The notes: a model not told the origin generated them from the letters alone. A DNA stretch of 64,000 nt from Trichoplax adhaerens (GCF_000150275.1 NW_002060952.1:1912260-1976259); one strand, 5' to 3'. Positions 1-12,147 are shown, numbered from the stretch's first letter. Numbers and translations: made by a program.

Positions 1-2480
1 GATTAACATAACACTTCTAGCCTTGAACCGCTTGATCAATTTTAAAGTTCAACCTTGACCTAAATAAATGATTTAGTGATAAGATCAGCAAATCATTGGA
101 TTAACAGTTCCTCCCGGAACCGTTTATGTATTTTTCATTTAATTTTAACTTTAATGGCATGAAAGTGAAAAATTAACTAATGTACGGCCGACAGTACGGT
201 TTCTACTTTAACGCACATGTTCGGATATTCAAACTTACTTGTTAGCCATACTAGAATTGCCAATCCAGCTAAAACTTGTGATAGGTTCAGGTTTGTTTTT
301 TATTAGGAGAAAACAACAGATAGACCATTGTCACCCACACGAGTAATACCACTGACTACTCTCTTCTAATGTGAGCGAACAACTAACTTACCAGCTACTT
401 AGTCACCAACTAACTATGGATACTGTAAGCAAGACTAACAACTTCCTCACAAGTATAATAAGCGGCTTGTTGTAAGATTAGTTTATGAGCTTTTACTTCT
501 GGTCATACCACGAGAGTAATACTGCCATGTCTACAATAGTGGAAGAAATTTTCGAGCTCATTTCATTTAATTTTGATCCAACCACGAAACTTATACATGT
601 AAATTCTACAGTAGTCATAAGAGCCTTGAGGTCATCATAATTAAATCCATATAAGACGTACTTTACCTCAAGACTAAACGTACAAGTATCATATCGAGTA
701 TATTATGCCTTTAATCTCTCTGCTATATATAACTATACAACTAATACAAGAAAAGTACGATGTATTTCATCCTCACAAATTGCGATTTGCAACACTTTTA
801 GGCAAAAAAACAACTTTATCTGCTTAAATCATTGCAATATTCTTAGTTGTATTTTGCTGTATTATGACTTTATTATTAGAACATCATTGCTACAGTATAA
901 CGACATTAACGACACCAGCAAAGCATACCATTATATAAATAGTAATGAAAGCATGCACAGATAGAATTGAGAGATTAATGACGGTTTCTTATCTAATCTG
1001 AGATAAAAAAAATTACGTAAGTAAGTAAAATGCATTCCATTAATAAATAAAGTACCGTATTTGAAAAATTGATAGAAGCAGCACTATAATTATACATACA
1101 CGACTTATACATGTTTAACGAGTGTATTGACAACTTACCGATTTCAATAAAGAATATTAAAAGTAGGATCGTGCAACAAAATTTAATCTATGAATTAGGA
1201 AATTATACGAATAAAACACATAAAATAACAATTAGCAAAGAAAATGAATTGAAATACAAACTTAGCACCATAAAGATTCCAACATTAAAATTTTACATTA
1301 AGTTGCTAGAACGACACGACAAAAACTTGGTTTCTGATACTCTTATTACAACCAAATCTTTAACCTACATTGACAGAATCAAACAGTATCCTTGATATTC
1401 TGTGATAAATCTATTGCAACATGGTATATCTAACAACTAATAATCGCGTTATGAATTTCGTAAGATTGATCTTACCAATATTGTTCGCCTCCTTTACAAT
1501 ATTATAGTTGTTATATTAGAATCGTCACTCTTTGAATAAATATTATAAACTTCTAATTATTTTACTACGCTCTACATTATGCAGCTGAATCATTTAAGAA
1601 AAATTCATTAGCTTTGATATCAACAAGCGGATTGCGTGAACGTTGTACATAGATTACGTAGAAGTTGAAATTTTCTATTTTTAACTCTTAACTTGGCCAC
1701 CTACGCTTTCAGAAATGAAATTTTAATCTTTAGTCATATGTGTTAACCTATTTACTGTAGCAATACTACTATAGGGCCCTCTTTATGTTATAATTGTCAA
1801 TTCTTGAACTAGCATTTTTATTGGGGATAAGCTATTTATATTATTGCCTTTACATTTACCACATGTAGCGTTTTCAATCATAGCAAAGTTTAAAAATAAC
1901 ACTCAAATTATTACTAATTACCGTAACGAATTGGGTATCGCATAAATTCAATTACTACGTGAACTTTGATAGAACTATAATAGAGAAAAAATAAAACACA
2001 TTTATAGATTAATTTATGTCAATAATGATGCACCAGGTGTTTTCATTATCAAAGGCTTCTTTAGACCATTTTTGTAATAAAGCCAATAATAAAAACAGTA
2101 TGGCCAGCGATTTAACCTATGATTAATTCCTACTGTAACTTAATTAAATAGAATTAGTAATACATAATATGAGAAAATAATGAATATAAGTATCTTTAAT
2201 AACCATAGTTCGATGGAAAACAAAAAATCATTTACTAGCCAATTATACCATATAAAATTATTATTTTTTTTTCGTAGGTACAAAAATATTTTACACAAGC
2301 GTAAGCTTATTGGTGAGCTGATTAATTTACTACCGAATCATCCTTTTAAATATAACGACCTAATCATCTTTCCACATTATCGCTTAAGCTCGGTAAGATC
2401 GCAGCTACTTGGTGAAAGAGGTCGACTTCAAATCGATAAGCTATAAAGAGTATATTTAAATTGAAAGTGAAGCATAAAAA

Positions 2481-3524
2481 ATGGGACCATCACCAATTGT
2501 CGATATCGGTATTGCTGTAATTTATATAATCATGTTGGCAATTTCTATACCCGGTAATGCCTTAATAGCATTAGTCATTTTTAAAGAGGCTCCTTTACGC
2601 ACTCCGATGAATTTATTGGTTTGTAATATAGCAATAGCAAGTCTACTGATTGGCATAATGAGAGTTCCATTTAAAATTTTCTCTCTAATGCATTTCAATA
2701 TGGATTATCCCTTTTCTGTCGCCATGTGTCAATTCCAGCAGTTATTACCGACCGCTGGAGTAATGGTCATTTCGTTAACTTTAACAACTATCTGCGTAGA
2801 TCGCTATATAGCGATTGTCCATCCTCTTAAAAAATACTTAAAACTTAGTAAATGTAGAACTACCTTTCTCATATTTGGCTATTGGATGTTATCACTAGCA
2901 TACTTTGCACCTTATGCTAGCTTTAACGAATTATATGAATATCAATCCAGAAATTATTGTATACCAATCTATCCAGAGTCGCCGGATGATATTGTCCTTA
3001 CTAGAAATGAAACAACCGGTAAAGCTTTATCTTCAATCGAATTGTCAAGGCTGATTAATTGGATCTTCTTTGGATCGCTAGCCTTTTTAATACCAGCGCT
3101 TATCATGATTGTGCTATATTCGAAAACCATCTACACATTATGGTTTAGTAAAGCTCCATGTGATCGTACTCAAATCAATATTCACCACTTACAAGAAAGG
3201 CTGAGAAAAAATAGGAAAGCTATTAAATTACTCGTCGCTTGCTTCCTATCATTCATTATCTTCAATACCCCTTATTATACTATTTTTCTCCTTATGGATT
3301 TAAAGCAACTAACAATAGATCGTGCTTACAGCGGAATTCTTATTAACATTTTAATATTTTTCAATTACTCTTCCATCGCTTATAATGCAATCATTTATGG
3401 CTACTTTAATTTAAGTATAAGAGAGCGCATATTGGTAGCATGTAAAATATCAGTTCGAAAAGCATCCTATCGTATTATAAGTAGATTTAGCAAATCTGAA
3501 CATATTGAAATATCTACTGTTTAA
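2481..3524 (+). CDS. Class A (rhodopsin-like) 7TM GPCR, peptide-receptor-like orphan, single coding exon, 347 aa
   Basis: Seven hydrophobic segments. TM1 GN (IPGNAL), ICL1 LRTPMN, TM3 Cys and CVDRYIAIVHP, ECL2 Cys (NYCIP), TM5 FLIP..IMIVLY, TM7 NAIIYGYFN. A likely 5'UTR splice acceptor (ttttttttcgtag) ends at 2277. Confidence 0.93.
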   Translation: MGPSPIVDIGIAVIYIIMLAISIPGNALIALVIFKEAPLRTPMNLLVCNIAIASLLIGIMRVPFKIFSLMHFNMDYPFSVAMCQFQQLLPTAGVMVISLTLTTICVDRYIAIVHPLKKYLKLSKCRTTFLIFGYWMLSLAYFAPYASFNELYEYQSRNYCIPIYPESPDDIVLTRNETTGKALSSIELSRLINWIFFGSLAFLIPALIMIVLYSKTIYTLWFSKAPCDRTQINIHHLQERLRKNRKAIKLLVACFLSFIIFNTPYYTIFLLMDLKQLTIDRAYSGILINILIFFNYSSIAYNAIIYGYFNLSIRERILVACKISVRKASYRIISRFSKSEHIEISTV

Positions 3525-5253
3525 GTTATGAACAAGTTTCTAGATATTACCTGATTAATTGCTTATTTTTTTTAATTATCTGCGATAATTTCGCGCTAAT
3601 CAATACACAGTATTGTATGGACCTTGTGTTTTCTACAATAATGCATCGAAGAGTAATCGATGCCATAAAATGAGCTACCATATCATATAGTAAATGATAA
3701 GGTTTCGTCTTGAGCAACAGACTCAGAATTAAGATTAGATCCAAAGGATTCTACATGTATATTAAAGTATCTGAAAAGTTACTTACAGCACAGCTATAAT
3801 AATTATGCTAACAACATCATCAAGAAATTTCTAAAACAAATGATTAAAAGGTTACTGTCAAGAAATTAGACTCATTATCGGTACACACATAGGCGATATT
3901 CACTTTGGAAAAGTACTTTAATCTATCAGGCATAAGTGAAATACTTACAGCTCTACCAATAAATGATTGTTATAGCAAACTACCCCCCCCCCCCAACCAG
4001 ACAATTTCTGATGAATTATCTCTTCTTGCTATCTTTATAATATACGTAAAATGTCGGTTTGGTACATTGTCACAATTCACTGTAAGTTTGAATAGCTGTT
4101 GTACGTATTAATTATACAAATGATAGTTAATTATTATCAATGCTTACATATTCGGGCATCAAAATTGATTAAATTGTGTTACTATAATTTCCTTTTACTC
4201 GCCTTGGTCATTTTTTTTGAAGATCAGCCAAATCCGATCGTAGCAAGTAATGTTGTTAAATTCCGGACTACAATACAAATATTATGATAGTAGTGTAAAA
4301 GAACATTATATAATAACCTGGCTGTTTACTACCTGTAAGACACAGCTCCTTCTCACTCCTTACCGAAAATTTATTTTTAATTAATGATATAATAAAGAAG
4401 TTCAAATGGAGTATAATAAGGAAAATCTATTCTACTTCTTTGGTCAATTGATTGCAAAATGTGCTTTTCGATATAGTTTCTCTATATATGTACTGTATGT
4501 CAGCTGTTTGTGTCCTATGTATTAAACAAAATTTGGAGAGAAACTATGGTGCAAGAAACATACTGTAATAATGCTATCTTAATAAGTCATCAATGAATTC
4601 TTTATCCTTTTCTTCCGTCAAATTGCAGCATTTATAAAGGCAGAAACATTAGTCTACAATAGAAGGTCCAGTACTTTGCCATAACGCATACTATAATATC
4701 TATCAAACTTTTTTGATCACCATTCCTGCATTTACGTTGGCATCTGCAATACATATAGGTACAAAATTAATGTTGTCTTACTTGCAGTGTCTTACTATTG
4801 GAAGTGCTTCACTCATGCATACGATTGTCAAGCTAAAGAATGGGTTCTGTATGTATGAGAGCCAGCAAAGTGGAGTAAAATGACAGATGCATACAAGTAA
4901 TTATGCATATCGGATGCATTACTTGTCCGCATTATTATTAATGCTTGCGTTGTTTGTGCGCCTATTCATACAGACAAGTAATAAAATTAAATAAAATAAA
5001 TCCTGAATGCATGCATTGGCTGTACTGTAGACACTGTACAGTACAGTTATGCTACGCCAGTTCAATATCATATCATGCTAATGTTTATAACCCATTAAAA
5101 AAAAAAAACAATAATGGCTTTACTTGCAGTTCACTACTTCATTTTAGATTGCCTTTTGCGACAGTTAGGAAAATAATTCGATCAAGCGCTCAAGACGAGG
5201 CTAATGAGCATTACTAAGTCAGACATTAAAAATAAGCCTACAGAACTGTTAGT

Positions 5254-5497
5254 AGGGACTACCAAGAAGAAAGGGACGGACCGACAACGGTCGTTCAGTG
5301 TACTAAAAATGAGTGGGCTGACTATCTTGCTAGTCATCTCGGCTGAACCTCTTTACAGTACTGTATGTCTGGAACGATACACTGTACGGTTTCGCTGCTA
5401 GCGTATAGTAGAATGACCAGAAAAATGATCAGCCTATTCGTGATTTTAGACTGAACGGCCGCAAGGCGTCCCTCTCTTTTTAGTACTAGTAGTCCCT
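5254..5497. mobile_element. MITE-like fold-back element with ~87-bp imperfect inverted arms
   Basis: Left arm 5254-5340 (agggactac...agggacg...cggtcgttcagt...ggctga...gtcat) aligns to the reverse complement of 5411-5497 (agggactac...agggacg...cggccgttcagt...ggctga...gtcat). No convincing coding capacity. Confidence 0.6.
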
Positions 5498-5796
5498 TTA
5501 CACTGTACAGTACTGTACTCTAGAGACCCTTAATAGAGTCTCTTTTCAGGGTCTCTACTGTACAGTATTTGTAGAACGATACAGTACTGTACACTGTATA
5601 ATAGGGAGCACGGAATGAGTTGCAACGAAGTAATGGGATTTACTGATAAATTGGATGGAAACATTTCATAATAGAATATTTATGCTTATTGCAGAACATA
5701 TTAACGGTTAAATAAACAAATTGGCGATTAACTATAGCCTATAATGACAGAGTTACTTCGATTGAATGTTAAAACTTTTGAATAAAAGAAAATGTG

Positions 5797-5918
5797 AAAA
5801 AAACAGTGAGTGATGTCGAACCAACCGCAATCATACTCTTACGGTCTTACCATACACTCGCACGGTACAGTATACTGTACTGTATAGTGTATACAGTACT
5901 GTACCCTACGCTATGCCA
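5797..5918 (-). other. Degenerate tRNA-derived / Pol III promoter-like segment interrupted by a palindrome
   Basis: On the minus strand: A-box-like TGGCATAGCGTAGG (5918-5905), B-box-like GGTTCGACATC (5822-5812), then T7 (5803-5797). A ggtacagta...tactgtacc palindrome (5864-5905) sits between the boxes. It does not fold into a clean cloverleaf. Confidence 0.35.
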
Positions 5919-6982
5919 TGGATTGCTTGCTAAAAAAAGACCGGTGTCGCAAAATTTTCAATGGAAATAAAATGTCTGATTATGTAATACGTATATGCCC
6001 TTGGCTTAGCTGCCGTACTCTTTTTAGTGGACTACAAAATAAATGCTGTCAATAGTATAAATATCTTTCGTAGTTTAAAGCACCCAGTGACAGTGAGACT
6101 GTCCTGTCCTCTACAGTACAGTACTGTACTGTAGGTTCAAGCTTTAATACTGTACAGTACAATGTAGTCCACGGTCGCAGAAGTCCCTCTTTCGGTCCTT
6201 TCCTTTTTCGTGCAATGACAGTATGTCCACTACAGTAGTCCGTAACATTTCCTTGCGACACATCCAAATATGCCTCTGAAAGGATGTAGAGTGTACAGTA
6301 TACCTTCAATATACTTGGTCAAGTAAATATGTCAAGATTGAACAAAATGAGCTATAGTGATCAGACCAGGTCTTCTTCTTCTAGTCTATGATACTGTACT
6401 GTACAGTGTACTGTACTGTGTACATTGTACAATCACTGTACGCCAATGTCACAAATTTCGTTCGTTACCATGAATTCTTCTTCTCTGATGACCTGTAAAA
6501 CCTTGTACCGTATTGTAAATCTACTACCAAGCGTCACTACTTTCACTACCCTGGCGAAGGACCTTAGTCAAGAGTAAGAGTCAGTTTAGAAGTGGACTAA
6601 CAGCCAAGTCTACTTACTCATGGACTACTCGAAGGCCCTTTCTCTTCTTTCAAGTAGTCCATACTGTACCGTCGTAGTCACACAGTACGTGCAACTACAG
6701 CACGCCAACGGCAAAATTGAACAGTGAGTCTGTAAAAGCAAGTCCAGTATAATACTTCCAGCCTTGATCGATGGCCATGGTGGTCTTGGCCTATGGGGGA
6801 AATTACACCAGTCGATGGATTGGTTGTGAGTGGTCGTAAAACACGAAAGGAACGGAAAGACAGCCAACGGAATCGCTGCTACAGTGCTTCCTTGCTTGCT
6901 ACAGTACCGTAGAATGTTGTGCAGGACACTGTGCAGTGTGCATTGTACTGTACAAAGCAAATCAATCGCCTGACTTGTCGAG

Positions 6983-8367
6983 ATGATCATTCGGAGTGTT
7001 GGAACTACTTGCAAGTATTTAGTTCGAGCTAATATTGCCACTATTCTGCCTTGTCGTAAAATGAGCTTGCAACAATCCATTACTTTAAGCTCTGGCTATC
7101 AAATGCCCCTTTTAGGGCTAGGGACGTGGAAAAGTAGCGACGATGAAGTCGGTAATGCTGTTAAAGCTGCTCTTGATTGCGGCTACAGGCATATTGATTG
7201 TGCAATGTGCTACGATAATGAAGAATCGGTTGGTAAAGCATTAAGCGAAAAAATTGGTACCAGCGTCCAACGGGATGAATTGTTTATCACTTCAAAATTA
7301 TGGAATACGATGCATGCACCTAAAGATGTCAAGATCGCTGTAGAAAAAACCTTAAAAGATTTACAACTGGACTATCTTGATTTATATCTAATACATTATC
7401 CTCAAGGATTGGCTAATCTAGGCCTGACCAACTGGGAGCCAACTAATCCTGACGGTTCCTACATCTACTCTGACGTTCATTATAATGACACTTGGAAAGC
7501 GATGGAAGAATTGGTGGATGAGGGTAAAGTCAAGTCAATTGGCGTATCCAACTTCAATAGTAAGCAAATTGATGACGTATTAGCTAACTGCAGGATCAAA
7601 CCAGTCATCAACCAGATCGAAATACATCCATACTTTACTCAAAGTCCTTTGGTCGATCATTGTTTATCTCGTGGTATTTCGGTGACAGCTTTTAGCCCTC
7701 TTGGATCTTTCGATAGACCGCAGAAAAAAGAAAATGAACCTGTACCACTAGAGGACGCTACAATTAAAGCTATTGCTAAAAAATATGGAAAAACGCCGGC
7801 TCAGGTCATGATTCGATTCGCAATCGAACGCGGTTTAACGGTTATTCCAAAGAGTAAGTCGGCTGCAAGAATAAAAGAAAATGCTCAGGTAGGATGTGCA
7901 AAGTCAATTTTCTTAAATTGTTCTTATAGCAATCGCGTGATGCGCGTATACATGCGTACGAGTACTAAAATTCACCTATACGCACATTTTAATAATATCA
8001 ATCCTTATAGTCTGCTCTACAGTAAGCATCGTAATCGCTCAATTGATAGGCTTATTTACTATGATTATGATGATTAAAATGGAACTGAAGGGAAATGTCC
8101 ATGTTGCAGGTTTTTGACTTTTCCTTAACGCCTGAAGATATGGACTCTATATATTCTCTCAATCGTAATTGGAGAAGCTGCTCTTTTACTGTTGTAGTAA
8201 GTATAGTTTTGAGCCCCCATTCATTAACTATTTATTGGATTGACATACATTACTCTTGGAATAATATTTCTATCTGGTTATTGTTTTATTTAAATCTGTA
8301 GATCAATGGAGTTGAGTATCCTGAATATCACGATCATCCGTTGTATCCCTTTTATGAGCCGTATTAA
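6983..8367 (+). CDS. AKR1A1: Aldo-keto reductase family 1, aldehyde reductase (AKR1A1-like); exons 6983 (or 7061)-7888, 8110-8196, 8302-8367
   Basis: GLGTW; catalytic tetrad in HIDCAMCY (D,Y), TSKLW (K) and LIHYP (H); SIGVSNF, NQIEIHPY, VIPKS. C-terminus HPLYPFYEPY matches the AKR1A1-type [10 protein letters not shown]. Both introns are GT-AG, phase 0. Confidence 0.92.
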
Positions 8368-9440
8368 ATGGTTTGATTGTTGCTATCATTTTGTATATTA
8401 GCAATTTGATATCGCAAGGAGGAGCCTGCATGACGATTCCATGCAATTTCTACTTTACAATTTTAAAATCCTATTTCAATCTTAAATTGCTTTATCTATC
8501 TTATAGTTAATCAATCCTTCAAAGTCAGACTTGAAGACATAACGTAAACGCGTACATAATGCATATCTGTATATCCAATGTGAATGACTTGTACGCTTTC
8601 TTTTTAACAGATTATGTCTTATATAATGGAAGATATAGGAGTACGTTTGTATGTAATAATAAAATTAATGATTATGATCCAATACTGCGGCAAGTACAAT
8701 TCTTTTTGAATTCTTGTCTCATTCAAGAGCTATGTGGATTGCTAATAAAGGCGTAATGATGGTGTCACAACCCTCACTTGTGGCAAAGGAAAGTAAAGAA
8801 CTCTAGTGTAGTTACTTAAAACTTGGGCTATTTCTCCCAGTACTTTCAGTTTCTATGAGAGAAGTATTTGAGAACTCGATTTCTCGGCTGATCTCCACAG
8901 ACAACTGACTAATTATTACACTATTCTTCACGATATGAGTCTTGCCGTTTCTTGAGCAATTACTTACTTTATTCTACAAACACACGCGCTTAAATAGGTT
9001 TCTACAGTGAATTCCAATATTAACGAGTGAGAATTCATGCTTTACAAGTTACATTAATTAGTATAATACCATTACTAAATATACATATCGATATTCTCAG
9101 ACTTAGATAGCTACAAGCTATCAGGTGTTAAGACGCTTAACCTTCGTCCATATACAGCTCAATTTTTAGAGATTAACACACCTTATAAACCTACAGTAAA
9201 TTAACTGCTAACAACTTCTATTTTTATCTCATTCCTACCATCCTATTATCAGCTACAAGCGCATTAAAACATAGCACATAACCTTATCTTATCTATTCAT
9301 AAGCTTTCATTAATTTACAGTTACTTAATTAGTAACGGCGTACCGTGACAGATGGACAAACTATCAACACTGCGGTAACTAAACTGTAACGTTCATTTAA
9401 AATTTTGATAGCAAGGAAGTAATTACCTAAAACCAGCAAA

Positions 9441-9690
9441 TCCATGGTAAGACACTGATATAGGACAGAAACATATCAAGATAGCCATAACAACTTTTCG
9501 TCAATTTATTATCCTCGTAATAAAACTAGCTCATAACCGAATACTGTATTTCCGATGTAGTCCATAGTAAAACACTGATATACTATAGAATAGAAACGCT
9601 CAAGAAAGCAACAAGGACTTGTTGAAAATTTATTGCCTTCGTAGTAAAACTAGCGCGTGGACAAATTCTATATTTCCTATGCAAGATACA
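9441..9690. repeat. Degenerate tandem duplication, ~120-bp period, 2 copies
   Basis: tccatggtaagacactgatata...aatttatt...tcgtaataaaactagc...tatttccgatg at 9441 versus tccatagtaaaacactgatata...aatttatt...tcgtagtaaaactagc...tatttcctatg at 9561. Confidence 0.8.
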
Positions 9691-9717
9691 GTATATAACA
9701 TAATAACATAGGTTAAC

Positions 9718-9734
9718 ATATATATATATATATA
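9718..9734. repeat. (TA)n microsatellite
   Basis: Uninterrupted atatatatat run; a similar run lies at ~42060-42074. Confidence 0.8.
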
Positions 9735-12147
9735 ATACGGTATAGGGTCTGTGCATATACACGTGTTTACGTAATGATCGCGTGAAAAATAATTGAGACT
9801 AAGATGCCTGAAACTGATTATTCGCTGGCAGTGTGCTATATTAACTGCATGTATAACTATTTAATATCAAGGAATGTGAGAGCTGCTGCTCTATACGCGT
9901 ATTAAAATTATCGGTGGCTGTAATCAGTTTTAGCATAGCATACTTCTGCCCACAAGTAGCGTAAGATGCAATCTTATTTACAATTACGAACGAATCATGT
10001 GCATTTCACCAATCAATGAATGGCCTGTTAAAGTCGATTATACTGGTGCCACAACTACCTTTGCGGCACAAGAAAACAACAGAGTACTTGTAAAATAAAC
10101 TTTACTTTAATCCACAGAACTACTTCCCTAGCCTATGGTATAGTAAGTGGAATCCTTGCTAATTACTAACTCACTCAAAACAAATACGATATACAACAAC
10201 CACACAACTCAGTCTAAACCTGAGTCACTTTTTATTGATCACAGCCCTTCTTATATACTCTTTCACTGCTTATAAACATATTTACTATGCTATCAACATA
10301 TTTCAATAACAAACATGTCAGTAAGATTGAATTATCAAATATGGACATTCGAGGTAATAAACAATTTCATACGTAAATCTACTTCGACTGTAAGCCCTGT
10401 CAAGCTCCTATATTCTCAATACTTACTTGTACCATATTACTATATCATTATTATATCATAGTAACTTCGGTTACTACTATCAATAAGAATTCCAAAAGTA
10501 GTAGTTCATACTTCTAAAAAGTTCAAAACAAAATGTTATCATAACCTAAACATCCATATCTAAGTTATTTTGATGACTGTGACAACTGGGTATACCCGAG
10601 CGGAAAGGGAACTTTCAGGAATTTCTACAGTATTTACAAAATTAGCCACATAATAAATGTAGCAAAGATATTGCAACTTTAGAGCGCATACATCGAATAA
10701 GCAATGTGCTCTTCTAAGATCATAATGTAAAATTATTATATTCTACAAAAGTATCTCTTCTTTTAAACACATTTACGCATATTGGATAGCAAAAAAGCGT
10801 CGTGTTATAATTATCATCGTTAAAGTATTTATCTCAATGTATCTGTTTATTTCCAAATAAATTTTTAGAGATTAACTTCAATATTGCAATATTTGTTGGC
10901 AGCTCTTGCATAGCTAAATTGAAAAATATGGTATCCAAGTACAGACATGATTAACCCTATCAAAGAGTAATTTATATTCCACAGCAGATTCAAATACTTC
11001 ACCTTTTTCAGAATCCTTATCAGATAATTATAAAACATTGCTTACGTAGCAAAATTTAAATTTTGATTGTTAGAAAATATCCCGATATAGACAGGAATAG
11101 CTCTCTTAAGCAGTTAACACTCCTATAATATAACTCAATACACCGCATTTTGCAAGGTTTTCATATGCAAAACTATCATTTATATTGGGTTAACCCAATT
11201 GCATTCGTCTATAAGATATTCACTAGTGATCACAATGTAGAGAATACAATTTCATTAAAGAAAGAATCATATGAAGCAAGAACTGCTTTTTTTAGCTAGT
11301 CTATATTTCCACTTAGCAGTTTACCGTCTGGTTATTTAAGCTGTATACATAATGATGGAAAGAAAGTTTCCATATTTCTTGAAATACTGTTACTTTCTAT
11401 TTGCATAATTTTAGTTAGTGTTTATATGTCAGTCAGATCACTCAGTTTTTATTATTAATAAAAAGATTGTAATTAAAAATTTACAGATCTGTTTATGTAT
11501 CTGGTTAGGTAGTATGAGAATTGATGGATAAATGGTTTACTTCACAACAGTGTTAAGCACCAAAACGACAACGTTTTGGAAAATTTTACAAAAAATTACA
11601 ATGGTATAATATTTATAACATAAACCTTAGTCTTTTTAAAATGCCATGATAGGAACAGGTAAAAATCAACGAATAGCTACTGAGGTTAACTCTATTCTAA
11701 TGAAGAAAATCCTTCTTATGAAATATCGCATACAGCAATCACTGTTAGCTTGAGTCTTATCTGAATCCTAATCATCTTATGTAGTGTATGCCTATTTAAG
11801 CTCTCTCCATTTTTATAATGTTATAATTGAGGGGAGATCGAGCCACAGTATAATAACCACTTATTATGATTAGTCTAATAAACAGCTAATATCACAGTTT
11901 CAATCAAAAATATCTTTGGCATCCAGTATTTTTGCATAGCTGCATTGGAATTGTAAAATGATAATATCACGATTGCTATTTTTCTGGTCTGTTAGTACAG
12001 AAATTTTAAAAGTCGGAAATCTTTCGAAGATAGTATTTCCACTAGAGCTGTTACACACAACAATCTTGGTGATCCTTAAAAGAACTATGATACTACGACA
12101 ATGTTAACGTAATAAAAATAGTTGAGGACAAAGTTAATATCAAACAG

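Larger units (their letters stand above)
5020..6960. repeat. Island of TACAGTA/TACTGTA motifs and nested palindromes upstream of the AKR gene
   Basis: Many tacagta/tactgta/actgtac copies (e.g. 5020-5046, 5499-5519, 5555-5600, 5864-5905, 6111-6160, 6390-6440). Perfect 24-bp palindrome ctacagtacagtactgtactgtag at 6111-6134. Visibly more GC-rich than the flanks. Confidence 0.85.

Noticed and set aside
1111-1395. 94-aa ORF and other short intergenic ORFs
   Set aside because: AT-driven K/I/N/L composition with no motif or splice support.
3983-3994. C12 homopolymer (G12 on the minus strand)
   Set aside because: Too short for a three-tier intramolecular G-quadruplex; most likely a slippage run.
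4945-6309. Short ORFs rich in CTV/TVQY/YCT
   Set aside because: They are translations of the TACAGTA/TACTGTA repeats.
6486-6510. CTGATGA hammerhead-like core
   Set aside because: No stem II followed by GAAA and no flanking helices.
6625-7080. 151-aa minus-strand ORF
   Set aside because: It overlaps the AKR start antisense and runs through the GC-richer, motif-rich promoter; no recognisable domain.
7889-8077. C-terminal part of the 364-aa AKR ORF
   Set aside because: Intron read-through; AKR homology resumes at 8110 after a GT-AG intron.
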